A DNA stretch of 64,000 nt from Callorhinchus milii (lineage: Eukaryota). Positions 63,116-64,000 of this stretch are shown one piece after another. The position numbers and the translations under genes were made by a program. The DNA is taken from NCBI RefSeq assembly GCF_018977255.1, contig NW_024704759.1, positions 9,114,001-9,178,000 of the forward strand, read 5' to 3'. The notes under the pieces are model-generated. The model had not been told where the DNA came from and ran no database searches. It was given only the letters and a program-made list of their open reading frames with translations. Each line of letters starts with the position of its first letter. Within the stretch, counting starts at the first letter, position 1.

Positions 63116-64000
63116 GTACATGTAGTATTGTTGCTTGGTGTGTTAGTAAGTGTGATGAATGTGATCAAATTTAGCTCACTTTGCCCCTTACAGCCAGTAG
63201 AGTGGAGATATCATCCTCTCAATCTGAATCCCATTTGATCCTGAACCTGGGTTCCGGACTTGAATAAGCTGTTTCCCAACCTGCCCTCTGTAATTTGGGG
63301 TCAGAAATTGTTTTGCGATCCTCAAAGACTGATTAATGTACAATGCCATATGTACTTCAAGGCTAATCTTTCACACAAGTGCTGATAAAAAAAAACCTTT
63401 GGAACTGACAATTCTAAACATTGCAGATAACTGTATTAAAAGCCAAAGCATTACAGGGGCTTGACGGTTTTGAATCTGTTCGGCTCTAAATTAAAATTTC
63501 ATTATTTTTATTACACCTATACATTTTTCTATGATTCCTTGCAGTATCGTGCACATGACAAAAAGCTAATTTTACCGCCTTTGTGCCCTTGACTTAATTT
63601 GCTCATGTTAATGTAATGCATCTTTTATCTTTTAATCTTTTCGCCCATTTGCATTGTACCTTTCTCAGTCAAAAACAGTAAATTGTCAGCCCAGAGAGAA
63701 AAAAAATCATTCAACGCAGAAAATAACTATTTCATTAAATGTGCATTAAATACATGTTTTTGTTCTCGGCATTAGAATTATGGAATTGCCATTAGAATTA
63801 TGAAATCCCCGATGAAACGCAGGCAGTAACTGTGCTTAAGAGGAAGTTGAATATAAAGTGCACTAATCTGGGGGATATATTTGCTATGTGCTTGAAAGAC
63901 CTGAGTTTTATTGAGTGTGTTAGATTTCACTCTTGTCTCTATCCAGCCATGACTGTCTTTCTTCCTTACTGACAGCCACTGCAGGACCAAATTGACAGGT

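Overview
AT-rich eukaryotic (vertebrate) non-coding DNA, intronic or intergenic. No protein-coding gene is recognisable: the six-frame ORFs are noise or retroelement fragments. The repeat content points to a cartilaginous fish, most like a holocephalan such as the elephant shark (inference from repeat families only). It comprises roughly 35 copies of two tRNA-headed SINEs with a Deu-like domain and an L2-type 3' tail, plus truncated L2 and CR1 LINE ends, a Penelope-like GIY-YIG remnant and an older degenerate SINE. There is a 382-nt assembly gap at 16172-16553. The most striking unexplained structure is a long inverted repeat in non-SINE sequence, 13856-14090 versus 14510-14738. Its 128-nt core is gap-free with 109 Watson-Crick pairs, and its transition mismatches are mostly G-U wobbles on the + strand. 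Further + strand hairpins lie near 31.0, 35.5-36.0 and 37.8 kb, and several fold-back duplications sit at retroposon tails. Repeat boundaries are approximate and were read by eye.
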